Source of the DNA: Sulfolobus acidocaldarius DSM 639
Lineage (GTDB): Archaea > Thermoproteota > Thermoprotei_A > Sulfolobales > Sulfolobaceae
Direction of reading: 5' to 3'
Length of the DNA: 32,000 bases
Assembly (NCBI RefSeq): GCF_000012285.1
Contig: NC_007181.1
Location: 930,001-962,000, forward strand
In this document: piece by piece, positions 8,407-16,477 of the stretch
Position numbering within the stretch: position 1 is the stretch's first letter
How the letters are laid out: every line of letters begins with the position of its first letter
The notes under the pieces: model-generated
Database searches by the model: none
The model's input: only the letters and a program-made list of their open reading frames with translations
Told to the model about the DNA's origin: nothing
Position numbers and translations under genes: made by a program

Positions 8407-9963
8407 ATGAAAAGGATTCTCTTAATCACGTTATTCCTTACACTGTTTATAACAAATACGTCATTTATCTCTTTCTCCTATAACACTCAAACTCCGATAA
8501 AGCACATTATAATAATTATCCAAGAGAATCACTCTTTCGACAACCTGTTTGGCACTTATCCTTTTGGATATCCTCCTATTGTAAATAATATAACGTTATC
8601 AGTAATGTTCCCCCAGGGACTATACACCAATTACACTGAGCTAAAACAAGGTACACTTGACTACATCTCGGTCCCTAATGTACCTTGGCTGTCTATTTTT
8701 GGTTATTCTCATCCTTATTATGCTAACTCTTATTCCACTGAGGATCCAAACGAGGGATGGATCAATTATCATGGTGATTATTGGTTTGACACATTCAACG
8801 GTTTTGTCTTTTACTCAGGACCTCAGTCAATGGCGTACTTCTCGTATGAACAGTTGGCTCCCTTGTGGGACTATGCTGAAGAATACGTCTTGGCAGACAA
8901 TTACTTCTCCCCGGTTATGGGGCTTACAGCACCTAACAGAATAGCTTATCTCACAGGAAGTCCTCCCCCTTTTTTCACTGATGAACCAGGTCAAGTCGTT
9001 CCAATTCAGCAGAGTATATTTTATCAACTTTCAGAGTACAACTTGACATGGAAATACTACGTTTATGGCTATGAGGGTGGGGTACCTTATCCTCTAAATA
9101 TTTTCATAGGCTCTGATAATTATACCTCTCATTATGCTAACATCAGCCAGTTTTATGAAGACTTAAAAAGTGGAAATTTGCCTTCTGTATCTTGGGTCAT
9201 GTTCCTAGGTGGCTCCACAGACCAATACGACATGCACCCACCAGAAAACCTTACAAGTGGGGAGAAACTTTTAGTTGATGTCATTAACGCTGTGATGGAG
9301 AGTAAAGAGTGGAATTCTTCAGCTATCTTCATAACATTTGATGAGGGCGGAGGATACTTTGATCAGGTAGTCCCTCCCTCCATTAATTACTACGGTCTTG
9401 GTCAAAGAATTCCATTACTTATCATTTCTCCTTATGCGAAAGAGGGTTACGTTAATAACTACACAATGTCCGGCTACACCATCCTAGGTTTCATCGACTA
9501 CAACTTCAATTTGCCCTACATCACCACATTGGCAGAGCAGGGAGTCCAAGGTTTATTGCAGAGCTTCAACTTCAACTCTCCCCCTAGGTCTCCTATAATA
9601 TTAGAGCCCTATAATTGGACTTATCCTATCCCCTTGCAATACCCTGTCCATTATGGTTATATTGCGACTGTACCTAAATATGATGGATATGCAGAGGTCT
9701 ATTATATGCCAATATTGAACTTCCTATTGCCGTTGAATATAATAGCATTTGCGGTTTTAATCCTCTCTATCAAGTTTAAGAGAGTTTTGCTGAAACCGTC
9801 TTTAATAATATTTCTAATTCTGCTGGGGATCTCAGGTTATGTGTACACTGCTAGTCCAATATATCAATTCGTCAGTGAATATTATTTAGCCTCGTCATTT
9901 ATAGGTTTTGTAATCAGTTCTATTTTATTCATCAAAATGTACAAGAGGTATTTAAGGAGGTGA
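8407..9963 (+). CDS. Phosphoesterase-family protein (phospholipase C / AcpA acid-phosphatase type), membrane anchored
   Basis: Family signature HIIIIIQENHSFDNLFGTYP near the N-terminus, later FITFDEGGGYFDQV and GQRIPLLIISPYAK. There is an N-terminal signal/anchor (ILLITLFLTLFITNTSFISF) and three C-terminal hydrophobic helices. Many N-x-S/T sequons are present. Confidence 0.8.
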   Translation: MKRILLITLFLTLFITNTSFISFSYNTQTPIKHIIIIIQENHSFDNLFGTYPFGYPPIVNNITLSVMFPQGLYTNYTELKQGTLDYISVPNVPWLSIFGYSHPYYANSYSTEDPNEGWINYHGDYWFDTFNGFVFYSGPQSMAYFSYEQLAPLWDYAEEYVLADNYFSPVMGLTAPNRIAYLTGSPPPFFTDEPGQVVPIQQSIFYQLSEYNLTWKYYVYGYEGGVPYPLNIFIGSDNYTSHYANISQFYEDLKSGNLPSVSWVMFLGGSTDQYDMHPPENLTSGEKLLVDVINAVMESKEWNSSAIFITFDEGGGYFDQVVPPSINYYGLGQRIPLLIISPYAKEGYVNNYTMSGYTILGFIDYNFNLPYITTLAEQGVQGLLQSFNFNSPPRSPIILEPYNWTYPIPLQYPVHYGYIATVPKYDGYAEVYYMPILNFLLPLNIIAFAVLILSIKFKRVLLKPSLIIFLILLGISGYVYTASPIYQFVSEYYLASSFIGFVISSILFIKMYKRYLRR

Positions 9964-10185
9964 GACAAAGGGTGACCTTTAATGAAATTTTTTATCAGAT
10001 AGATAACTTGGTTATCCCAAAAGGATGTGAGGTTATATAGCATCCCGTAAAAATACAGCGTCACCAATAATGGGTAGAGGCATATATATTACTAAGTAAT
10101 TGAAGTATTTCTTGAATTAAGGTTTCCTCTCACATTTAACTTCGTCTTAATTTCAAGAACTATGAGTACGTGAATATTGTCGTTG

Positions 10186-10875
10186 CTAAAATTCCATTTT
10201 AAATACTTCCTTCTCCTCTTGATATACTGTTAACTCTCTGCTATTCGACTCTAACACTCCATAACACTTATGAAGCTGGGAGCTATCTACTCTCAAGTAT
10301 TTAGTCTGGAACTGGAAATTATGAAAGGTGTAACAACCTTGAGTCATATGTCCGTTAAAGAAAAGTCTTGGTTTTAGCTCTTCTATCCCCTGATATACTA
10401 AGGCACTGCCCTCATCCTCGCTCATTTCCGGATATACTTCTGGGAGGTATGGTGGTTGGTGCATCACCAGTATATCTAATCTATCTACTGCCTTTTTTAT
10501 CCTGTAGAGTGCATTTCTAAATCGTGTGGGAGAGGTCATAGGAATTCCCTTTTTACTTCCTTCCCCTATTAGTCCATTAATTCCAGCAATTTTCAATCCT
10601 CCTACCTCATATACCTTTCCGTCATGCATAACGTAACCTTCGATAAGCGGAAAATTCTCATGATTCCCATAAACGGTAAGTAACTTTTTCACTTTAGACA
10701 TTATATTTAAGAAGTCATTAGGTGTCATTCCATCATCCCAATCACCAGCTGATATGAGAACCTCTGGCTTAACCCTATCAATAACGTTTAATAACCATTC
10801 TACCGCAACGGACTCATTATAATTCCTGTAGATTCTGAAAGACTTATGAACATCACTTACTAAAAGAAATCTCAT
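10186..10875 (-). CDS. Calcineurin-like metallophosphoesterase (229 aa)
   Basis: The canonical motif series is present: LVSDVH, AGDWDDG, YGNHEN, VMHQPP, NGHMTQG. Confidence 0.85.
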   Translation of the reverse strand: MRFLLVSDVHKSFRIYRNYNESVAVEWLLNVIDRVKPEVLISAGDWDDGMTPNDFLNIMSKVKKLLTVYGNHENFPLIEGYVMHDGKVYEVGGLKIAGINGLIGEGSKKGIPMTSPTRFRNALYRIKKAVDRLDILVMHQPPYLPEVYPEMSEDEGSALVYQGIEELKPRLFFNGHMTQGCYTFHNFQFQTKYLRVDSSQLHKCYGVLESNSRELTVYQEEKEVFKMEF

Positions 10876-11099
10876 AGTATTAAATACCAGTTTTGCGTTT
10901 TAAACTTTTCTTTCTAGAAATAGACTCACAAATACTAGCGTAAACTTGCAATAATCTAATACCCTGATATAAGTGTTCTGTTAACTTTAGTCTTCTACGA
11001 CGTTTTTGAGCGTTGTTTTGGAGCACTTGAAGTTGGAAGATTTCTTAAAATTTCTTAGCACTTGCTTATAAAACATATAAAAAGACTGAACATTATATT

Positions 11100-11127
11100 A
11101 ACTGGTGGGTCACCAGTAACTGGTGGG
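11100..11127. promoter_or_regulatory. GC-rich repeat cluster between the putative TATA and the ATG of the ATPase gene (candidate operator)
   Basis: AACTGGTGGG occurs twice (11100-11109 and 11118-11127). ACTGGTG-GGT-CACCAGT (11101-11117) is a 7-bp inverted repeat. The cluster lies just downstream of an ATTATATTA element (11092-11100) and ends 6 nt before ATG 11133. Confidence 0.3.
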
Positions 11128-11132
11128 GGTAC

Positions 11133-12203
11133 ATGTTATTCGACTTACATCCTAAGATAGAATTAAGAGAGTTGTTTGGCAGAGGGACAGAGGTAGAATA
11201 TATTATACAACAGGTGATTTCGAGAAATTGGGTCATAATTAGTGGACAAAGGGGAATAGGAAAGACTAGTGTTATGAAGGTTAGTATAAATGAGTTAAGG
11301 AGGAGAAATTCTACTGACGGAATATACTTAAACTTAAGAGGAGTTAAGACACTGAGAGAATTATTATCTCTGCTTATTTCAGAAATAAATAGAAATAAAC
11401 TTTTCAACATATTCAATGTTAACGTTAACCTAAACTTTGGTCCTTTAGGCGTAGAACTCAAGAGAGGTAGATTGACAGTCCAAAGAGGTTTACTGGAGTT
11501 ACTCCTGTCAATAAATAGAGATATGGTTATAGGGCTAGACGAGGTTCAGGAACTTTCCCCTGTTAGTAAACCTTTACTAGATGTCTTGGGAAACGTCTTT
11601 ATGAGTAATCCTAAAGTTAGGTTCATTTTTTCCGGATCCTACGTAGGTTTAGTCAAGGCATTATTAAGTCCTAAGGAAGGGTCACCTCTACTTGGGAGAC
11701 CGCCAGTCGAGGTTAGATTGAGACCTTTTGACAAAATTACATCAATTAATTTCTTGAAACAGGGTATGATGGAGCTGGGTGTCGACTTCGAGAATAATGA
11801 GGCTGAGGAAGTGGTCAATAAACTTGATGGAATAGTAGGTTGGTTGACTTTATTTGGTAATAATTATGCCATAAGAAAGTTGAACTATGAGTATTCATTA
11901 CAGTCTACCATAGAAGAGGGCAAGAGAATAATGTTAGAGGAGTTAAATCATTTCCTTGAAGGGAGGAATAGAGAGCTATATTTAGCCATATTATCCTCTC
12001 TTAAAGTTACCAAGAGATGGAAGGACATAAAGTTCGCTACCTCTGTGAAGTTGAAGAGGAGTATTGATGATAAGGAGTTTAGTTCTGCCCTCGAATCTTT
12101 GATTAAATACAATTTCATAGATAAAATTAAGGAAGGTGAATATCAGATAACAGATCCTATTTTAAGAGAAATAGATTTCGACCATGTGGGTAGAACGGTC
12201 TAA
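11133..12203 (+). CDS. 'Archaeal ATPase' family P-loop NTPase with a C-terminal winged-helix-like domain
   Basis: FGRGTEVEYI...VIISGQRGIGKTSV (Walker A) and VIGLDEVQEL (Walker B). The family-typical tail is LDGIVGWLTLFG followed by a C-terminal region of about 100 aa (LYLAILSSL...KEFSSALESLIKYNFIDKI) resembling a wHTH. Confidence 0.8.
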   Translation: MLFDLHPKIELRELFGRGTEVEYIIQQVISRNWVIISGQRGIGKTSVMKVSINELRRRNSTDGIYLNLRGVKTLRELLSLLISEINRNKLFNIFNVNVNLNFGPLGVELKRGRLTVQRGLLELLLSINRDMVIGLDEVQELSPVSKPLLDVLGNVFMSNPKVRFIFSGSYVGLVKALLSPKEGSPLLGRPPVEVRLRPFDKITSINFLKQGMMELGVDFENNEAEEVVNKLDGIVGWLTLFGNNYAIRKLNYEYSLQSTIEEGKRIMLEELNHFLEGRNRELYLAILSSLKVTKRWKDIKFATSVKLKRSIDDKEFSSALESLIKYNFIDKIKEGEYQITDPILREIDFDHVGRTV

Positions 12204-12545
12204 AATTCGCATAGATATATTTTATTCAAAAGACATTTCCTCAAATCATGTGGAATGAAGAAGGGATGAAATTAATGAGATTATGTACTTATACCCTATA
12301 TAAACCACATTAGTAGATATAGTATTTAAAAGAGTTTGTTACCATGGGTTTATGCGATCGACGTTCCTCATATCCAAAATACATTGTGTAAAGAATCCAG
12401 GATAATAAGGAACATGAGTTTTTAATGATAAAGATACCAGTTCCTTATAGTGTCAGATCATTTTTAAGCAGATTGGTGGAATGAGGACACATTCAGAAAT
12501 AGTCCATAAATGTAAAAGTTTGACTGCGATCACGTGAGTATAATA

Positions 12546-12554
12546 TTTATTAAT
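12546..12554 (+). promoter_or_regulatory. TATA-box-like element (TTTATTAAT) for the dehydrogenase/hydratase gene
   Basis: Centred about 27 nt upstream of ATG 12578, which supports that ATG (rather than TTG 12572) as a leaderless start. An 8-bp palindrome, TCACGTGA, sits just upstream at 12530-12537. Confidence 0.35.
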
Positions 12555-12577
12555 CCTACAAATTTATAATTTTGATT

Positions 12578-14566
12578 ATGAAAGTCGATGATATTAAGAA
12601 AATACTCGTAGTCGGAGCAGGAACTATGGGTCATGGAATAGCCGAAGTGTTCGCCATAGCTGGATACCATGTGTACCTCTCCGATGTATCGGAAGATATT
12701 CTAAATAAAAGCCTTAACAACATAAGATGGAGTTTAAGTAAACTTAAGGAGAAAGACAGGATCAAGGAAACTGTTGATGAAGTACTATCAAGGATTAGAC
12801 CTGTTGTTGGGTTAAATGAAAGTGTTAGTGATGCCGATTTTGTAGTTGAAGCTTCTCCTGAGATAATAGATCTGAAAAGACAAATATTTTCCACTCTGGA
12901 TAAACTACTTTCACCTAATACAATTTTAGCCACAAATACAAGTACATTACCAGTTACCAGTATCGCTGAAGCCACATCGAAACCTGAAAGAGTTGTAGCC
13001 ATGCACTTTTTCAATCCACCAGTTCTCATGGAACTTGTCGAAGTGATGAAAGGGGAAAAGACCAATGATGAAGTAGCTCTGACGACCTATGAATTAGCCA
13101 AGAAGATAGGAAAGAAACCAATACTGATAAAGAAAGATGTGCCGGGTTACGTTGTGAATAATATTTTAGGTGCAGTTTCAGGTACAGCCTGTTTGCTAGT
13201 GGAAAAAGGACTCGCAGATATCAAGGAAGTAGATGCTGTAACCATGTATAAGTTGGGTTTCCCAATGGGAGTATTCATACTTGCAGACTACAGTGGGCTT
13301 GACATAGGATATAACGCATTAAGATCTAGAGAGAAATTGGGTTTAAAGACCAATAGACCTCCCTGTAGTATGGTGGAAGAGAAAGTCAAGAGGGGCGAAT
13401 TAGGTGTAAAGAGTGGTAAGGGATACTATCAGTACCCTGCACCAGGAAAATATCAAAAGCCCGAAATACCCAAGGAATTAGCGGAGAAATTAAATCCAGC
13501 TCTGATTCTTTGCGGAGCAGTTAACGTAGCTTCAAGGATGTACAGAGAAGGGATTGTTACAAAGGAGGAAATAGACTTAGCAGTTAAATTGGGATTGAAC
13601 TACCCTAAAGGAATATTCGAATACGCTGATGAAATTGGTATAGACGAGATACTCAGCGCAATGAGAACACTAAAAGATATATCATCATCTGATTTTTACG
13701 ATCCTGATCCTCTACTCCTGGAAATGCAGAAGAGAAACGAACTTGGTAAAAAGACGGGTAAAGGATTTTATGAGTATAAGAAAGCAGAAGAGAAAAAGCT
13801 GGACACCATAATCGTGAGGATAGAAGAACCTATAGCAACAATTATTCTGAATAGACCTGAGAGGTTAAATGCAATCAACGGAAGGATGTCTGAGGAGATA
13901 ACTAACACTCTTTCAACCTTAGCTGAGGATCAACGGGTAAGAGTAGTCATTATTACAGGAAGTGGTAAAGCGTTTTCCGCAGGTGCAGATGTTACAGGTT
14001 TCCAACAGTCCGGAAGTCCTGCGTCAAGGGCAATATTCAGAAAGGATCTCTTCAGTACCGTAGCTAAGTTCCCTAAACCAGTTATCGCTGCTATAAATGG
14101 GTTTGCCTTAGGTGGAGGACTTGAGTTGGCGATGGCATGTGATATCAGAATAGCTTCCTCTAATGCTGAATTAGGACAGCCTGAAATTAACCTAGCCTTA
14201 ATTCCAGGTGGAGGAGGAACCCAGAGGTTAACTAGACTAGTTGGTAGAGGTTGGGCTAAATATATTGTATTTTTGGGAGAAAGGATTTCTGCGTCCTTGG
14301 CTAGAGAGATAGGGTTAATAGAATTTGTGGTGCCGCCAGAGAAGTTAGAGGAAGAGGCTAAAAGAATAGCGCTTAAAATAGCTGAGAAATCACCCTTAGC
14401 ACTAGCTGCTGCGAAACTAGCTATAGATTCCACTGAAGAGAGGGAAATATCCACTGGACTTAGCTTAGAATCAACATTATTTGGTCTTCTCTTAACTAGC
14501 GAGGACTCTAAAGAAGGAGTGAGAGCGTTTATGGAAAAGAGAAAGCCTCAGTTTAAGGGAGTATAG
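12578..14566 (+). CDS. Bifunctional 3-hydroxyacyl-CoA dehydrogenase (N-terminal) / enoyl-CoA hydratase (C-terminal) fusion
   Basis: N-terminal Rossmann motif ILVVGAGTMGHGIA and HFFNPP. The C-terminal crotonase domain has ITGSGKAFSAGADV...INGFALGGGLELAMACDIRIAS...GQPEINLALIPGGGGTQRL. The ORF track starts at TTG 12572; ATG 12578 is preferred. Confidence 0.9.
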   Translation: MKVDDIKKILVVGAGTMGHGIAEVFAIAGYHVYLSDVSEDILNKSLNNIRWSLSKLKEKDRIKETVDEVLSRIRPVVGLNESVSDADFVVEASPEIIDLKRQIFSTLDKLLSPNTILATNTSTLPVTSIAEATSKPERVVAMHFFNPPVLMELVEVMKGEKTNDEVALTTYELAKKIGKKPILIKKDVPGYVVNNILGAVSGTACLLVEKGLADIKEVDAVTMYKLGFPMGVFILADYSGLDIGYNALRSREKLGLKTNRPPCSMVEEKVKRGELGVKSGKGYYQYPAPGKYQKPEIPKELAEKLNPALILCGAVNVASRMYREGIVTKEEIDLAVKLGLNYPKGIFEYADEIGIDEILSAMRTLKDISSSDFYDPDPLLLEMQKRNELGKKTGKGFYEYKKAEEKKLDTIIVRIEEPIATIILNRPERLNAINGRMSEEITNTLSTLAEDQRVRVVIITGSGKAFSAGADVTGFQQSGSPASRAIFRKDLFSTVAKFPKPVIAAINGFALGGGLELAMACDIRIASSNAELGQPEINLALIPGGGGTQRLTRLVGRGWAKYIVFLGERISASLAREIGLIEFVVPPEKLEEEAKRIALKIAEKSPLALAAAKLAIDSTEEREISTGLSLESTLFGLLLTSEDSKEGVRAFMEKRKPQFKGV

Positions 14567-14570
14567 AAAG

Positions 14571-14592
14571 GCGATATTGCCATTTTTTATTG
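14571..14592 (+). terminator. Weak hairpin + T6 tract after the dehydrogenase/hydratase gene
   Basis: GGCGATATTGCC (imperfect stem) followed by ATTTTTTATT. Archaeal terminators are typically oligo-T tracts. Confidence 0.3.
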
Positions 14593-14846
14593 AGATATTA
14601 CAGCAAAGTAAAAGAAGTAAAGGAGCATTTAAGAGGACAAACACTAAGATCGTTTATTACTAACAAGCTAATCTTTAACTCTTTTTTATACAACATTTTG
14701 TGGCACACTAACTTCTTATCTTGAGAAATAGAAAGTAAATCAACAACTTTTATTATAAAGATATTTAATAAAATTCATCATTATTCTTCAATATTTTTTA
14801 AATATTTAGAATTATATTTATATGAAGTCAAAATAAAAGTAAAATA

Positions 14847-16262
14847 ATGAGTTCAGGCAAACCGTCTGCATTAGATGAGTATGTAGCTAGAATAGATAGA
14901 CTACCAGTATGGGGTTTATCATATGCTTTACTATGGGCTATAGGAATAGGATATTTCGCCACATTATATGATGCTGTATCAAATTTAGGATTAGCTTTAC
15001 CTTATATACCGTTTATAAATACTACCCAAGCCTCTATAATCGTCTCCATAGGATTAGCAGCTTACATAATAGGCTCAATAGGTTTAGGACTTGTGGCTGA
15101 TAGAATAGGAAGGAGACCAGCATTAATAGCCTTATTTGTATTGTTGACAATAGGTAGCTTAGGAATGGCGCTTTCTGTAAATTACCCCATGTTATTTGTG
15201 TTCAGGTTTATTGAAGGAGTTGGTACAGGTGCATCATTAAACTTAGCCATGGTCTACATATCTGAGTTCTCTCCAAGCTCTAAACGAGGAAAGTACGGAA
15301 ACTGGATATTTATATCTGGTTGGATCGCTGTGGGTTTAGGGACTTTATTAGTTGCGTTTATAGTTACTGCTAACGAAACTATAGGATGGAGAATAGCCTT
15401 TGGCCTAGCCGCAGTCCTAGGGCTAATATCAACTGTTGTAGTCAGTATCAAAGCTCCTGAAAGTGTAAGAGTCTTAATTAAAAAGGGTAAGTATCAACAA
15501 GCCGAAAACTTAGTAGAAGGAATAGAAAGAGTTAGTATGGTAAGAGCTAAAGTTTCGACTCTACCACCTCCTAAGATAGTCTCGTATGAGCAAGAACAAG
15601 TAAGTCCTCTGAAGATACTAGGAGAATCTAAATTCCTGAAGAGGCTAATAGGATTGACAGTATTCTGGTTCTTCATATACTTTATCCAATACACTTCAAC
15701 AGGATTAGGTCCAACATTCGTCAAAGCAGTTGTTGGTTTAACACCGGGGCAGTATGCTGAATACATAAGGTTATTAGGGTTTGTTGCTGTAGGAGCTACA
15801 ATAATATCTTTTGCGATGCTGGGATTCATTGAGAGGACTGATAGAAGAATATTAACGCAAGTTGGCGCCATAGGTTTTTTGGTAAGTAGTTATGTCACAA
15901 CATTTCTCATATTGAATAAGGCACTAATACCATGGTTCATTACTTATTTCCTTCTTGAGTTTGTTGTGAATCCTCCTTACCTGGCTGGCTATTTAATGTC
16001 CAGCGAATCATTCCCCACTACTGCTAGGTCAACAGGTTTTGCTATAACTGATGGAATAGGTCATTTAGGTGGTGTAATAGGACCACTGCTTCTATTCCCA
16101 CTGATCTCAATTGTAGGACCGTTGTACGCATGGGTCATATTGGCATTACCGGTTCCATTTGCAGCTGCTCTACTATGGTTCACAGTCCCTAAGACAGTAG
16201 GAGTAAGATTAGAGGAAGTTAATGAAGCAATGAGACAAAGAGGTGCGAAAACCAGTAGTTGA
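14847..16262 (+). CDS. MFS transporter (12-TM metabolite/sugar porter type)
   Basis: MFS loop 2-3 signature GLVADRIGRRPALI and FRFIEGVGTGA. There is a central cytoplasmic loop between two six-helix halves. Confidence 0.85.
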   Translation: MSSGKPSALDEYVARIDRLPVWGLSYALLWAIGIGYFATLYDAVSNLGLALPYIPFINTTQASIIVSIGLAAYIIGSIGLGLVADRIGRRPALIALFVLLTIGSLGMALSVNYPMLFVFRFIEGVGTGASLNLAMVYISEFSPSSKRGKYGNWIFISGWIAVGLGTLLVAFIVTANETIGWRIAFGLAAVLGLISTVVVSIKAPESVRVLIKKGKYQQAENLVEGIERVSMVRAKVSTLPPPKIVSYEQEQVSPLKILGESKFLKRLIGLTVFWFFIYFIQYTSTGLGPTFVKAVVGLTPGQYAEYIRLLGFVAVGATIISFAMLGFIERTDRRILTQVGAIGFLVSSYVTTFLILNKALIPWFITYFLLEFVVNPPYLAGYLMSSESFPTTARSTGFAITDGIGHLGGVIGPLLLFPLISIVGPLYAWVILALPVPFAAALLWFTVPKTVGVRLEEVNEAMRQRGAKTSS

Positions 16263-16477
16263 ACGAATTCGTTGAGTCTTTCAGGAGAAAGATATTAAAA
16301 ATCATTTTATTTTTTGTTCTAGTCCCTTCCGTTAATATGGAAAACTATTTTTATATAATGAGGGAAGCCTAGCCCTTTATGGCGTGGAAGAAGCCATACC
16401 GATATAGATGTCCTAAAAAGGAAATTTTGGTTGTAAAAATTCTTTTATCCTAAAACCGAATATAGGAAGGGGATTTT

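Noticed and set aside
9954-9968. 15-mer AAGGAGGTGAGACAA at the stop of the phosphoesterase gene, identical to 30705-30719 at the stop of the sedolisin gene
   Set aside because: Both encode a basic ...RR-stop membrane-anchor tail, so the codons are constrained. A few 15-mer coincidences are expected by chance. At 9954 the following ATG (9982) opens only a 6-codon ORF, so no coupled downstream gene exists there. Only the 30707-30714 copy is retained as a functional SD.
8657-10067. ORFs 8657-8944 (+), 8827-9027 (-) and 9882-10067 (-) overlapping the phosphoesterase gene
   Set aside because: They are alternative-frame or antisense ORFs within or across the end of a gene with a strong family signature. 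Their translations have no motifs.
11093-11461. 122-aa minus-strand ORF overlapping the start of the ATPase gene
   Set aside because: It is antisense to the Walker-A-containing N-terminus of a well-supported gene, and its translation is hydrophobic and low-complexity.
13065-13082. C-box-like ATGATGA followed by CTGA (possible C/D-box sRNA)
   Set aside because: The spacer is only 7 nt, whereas guide regions are about 12 nt. There is no C'/D' pair or terminal stem, and the site lies inside a conserved CDS.
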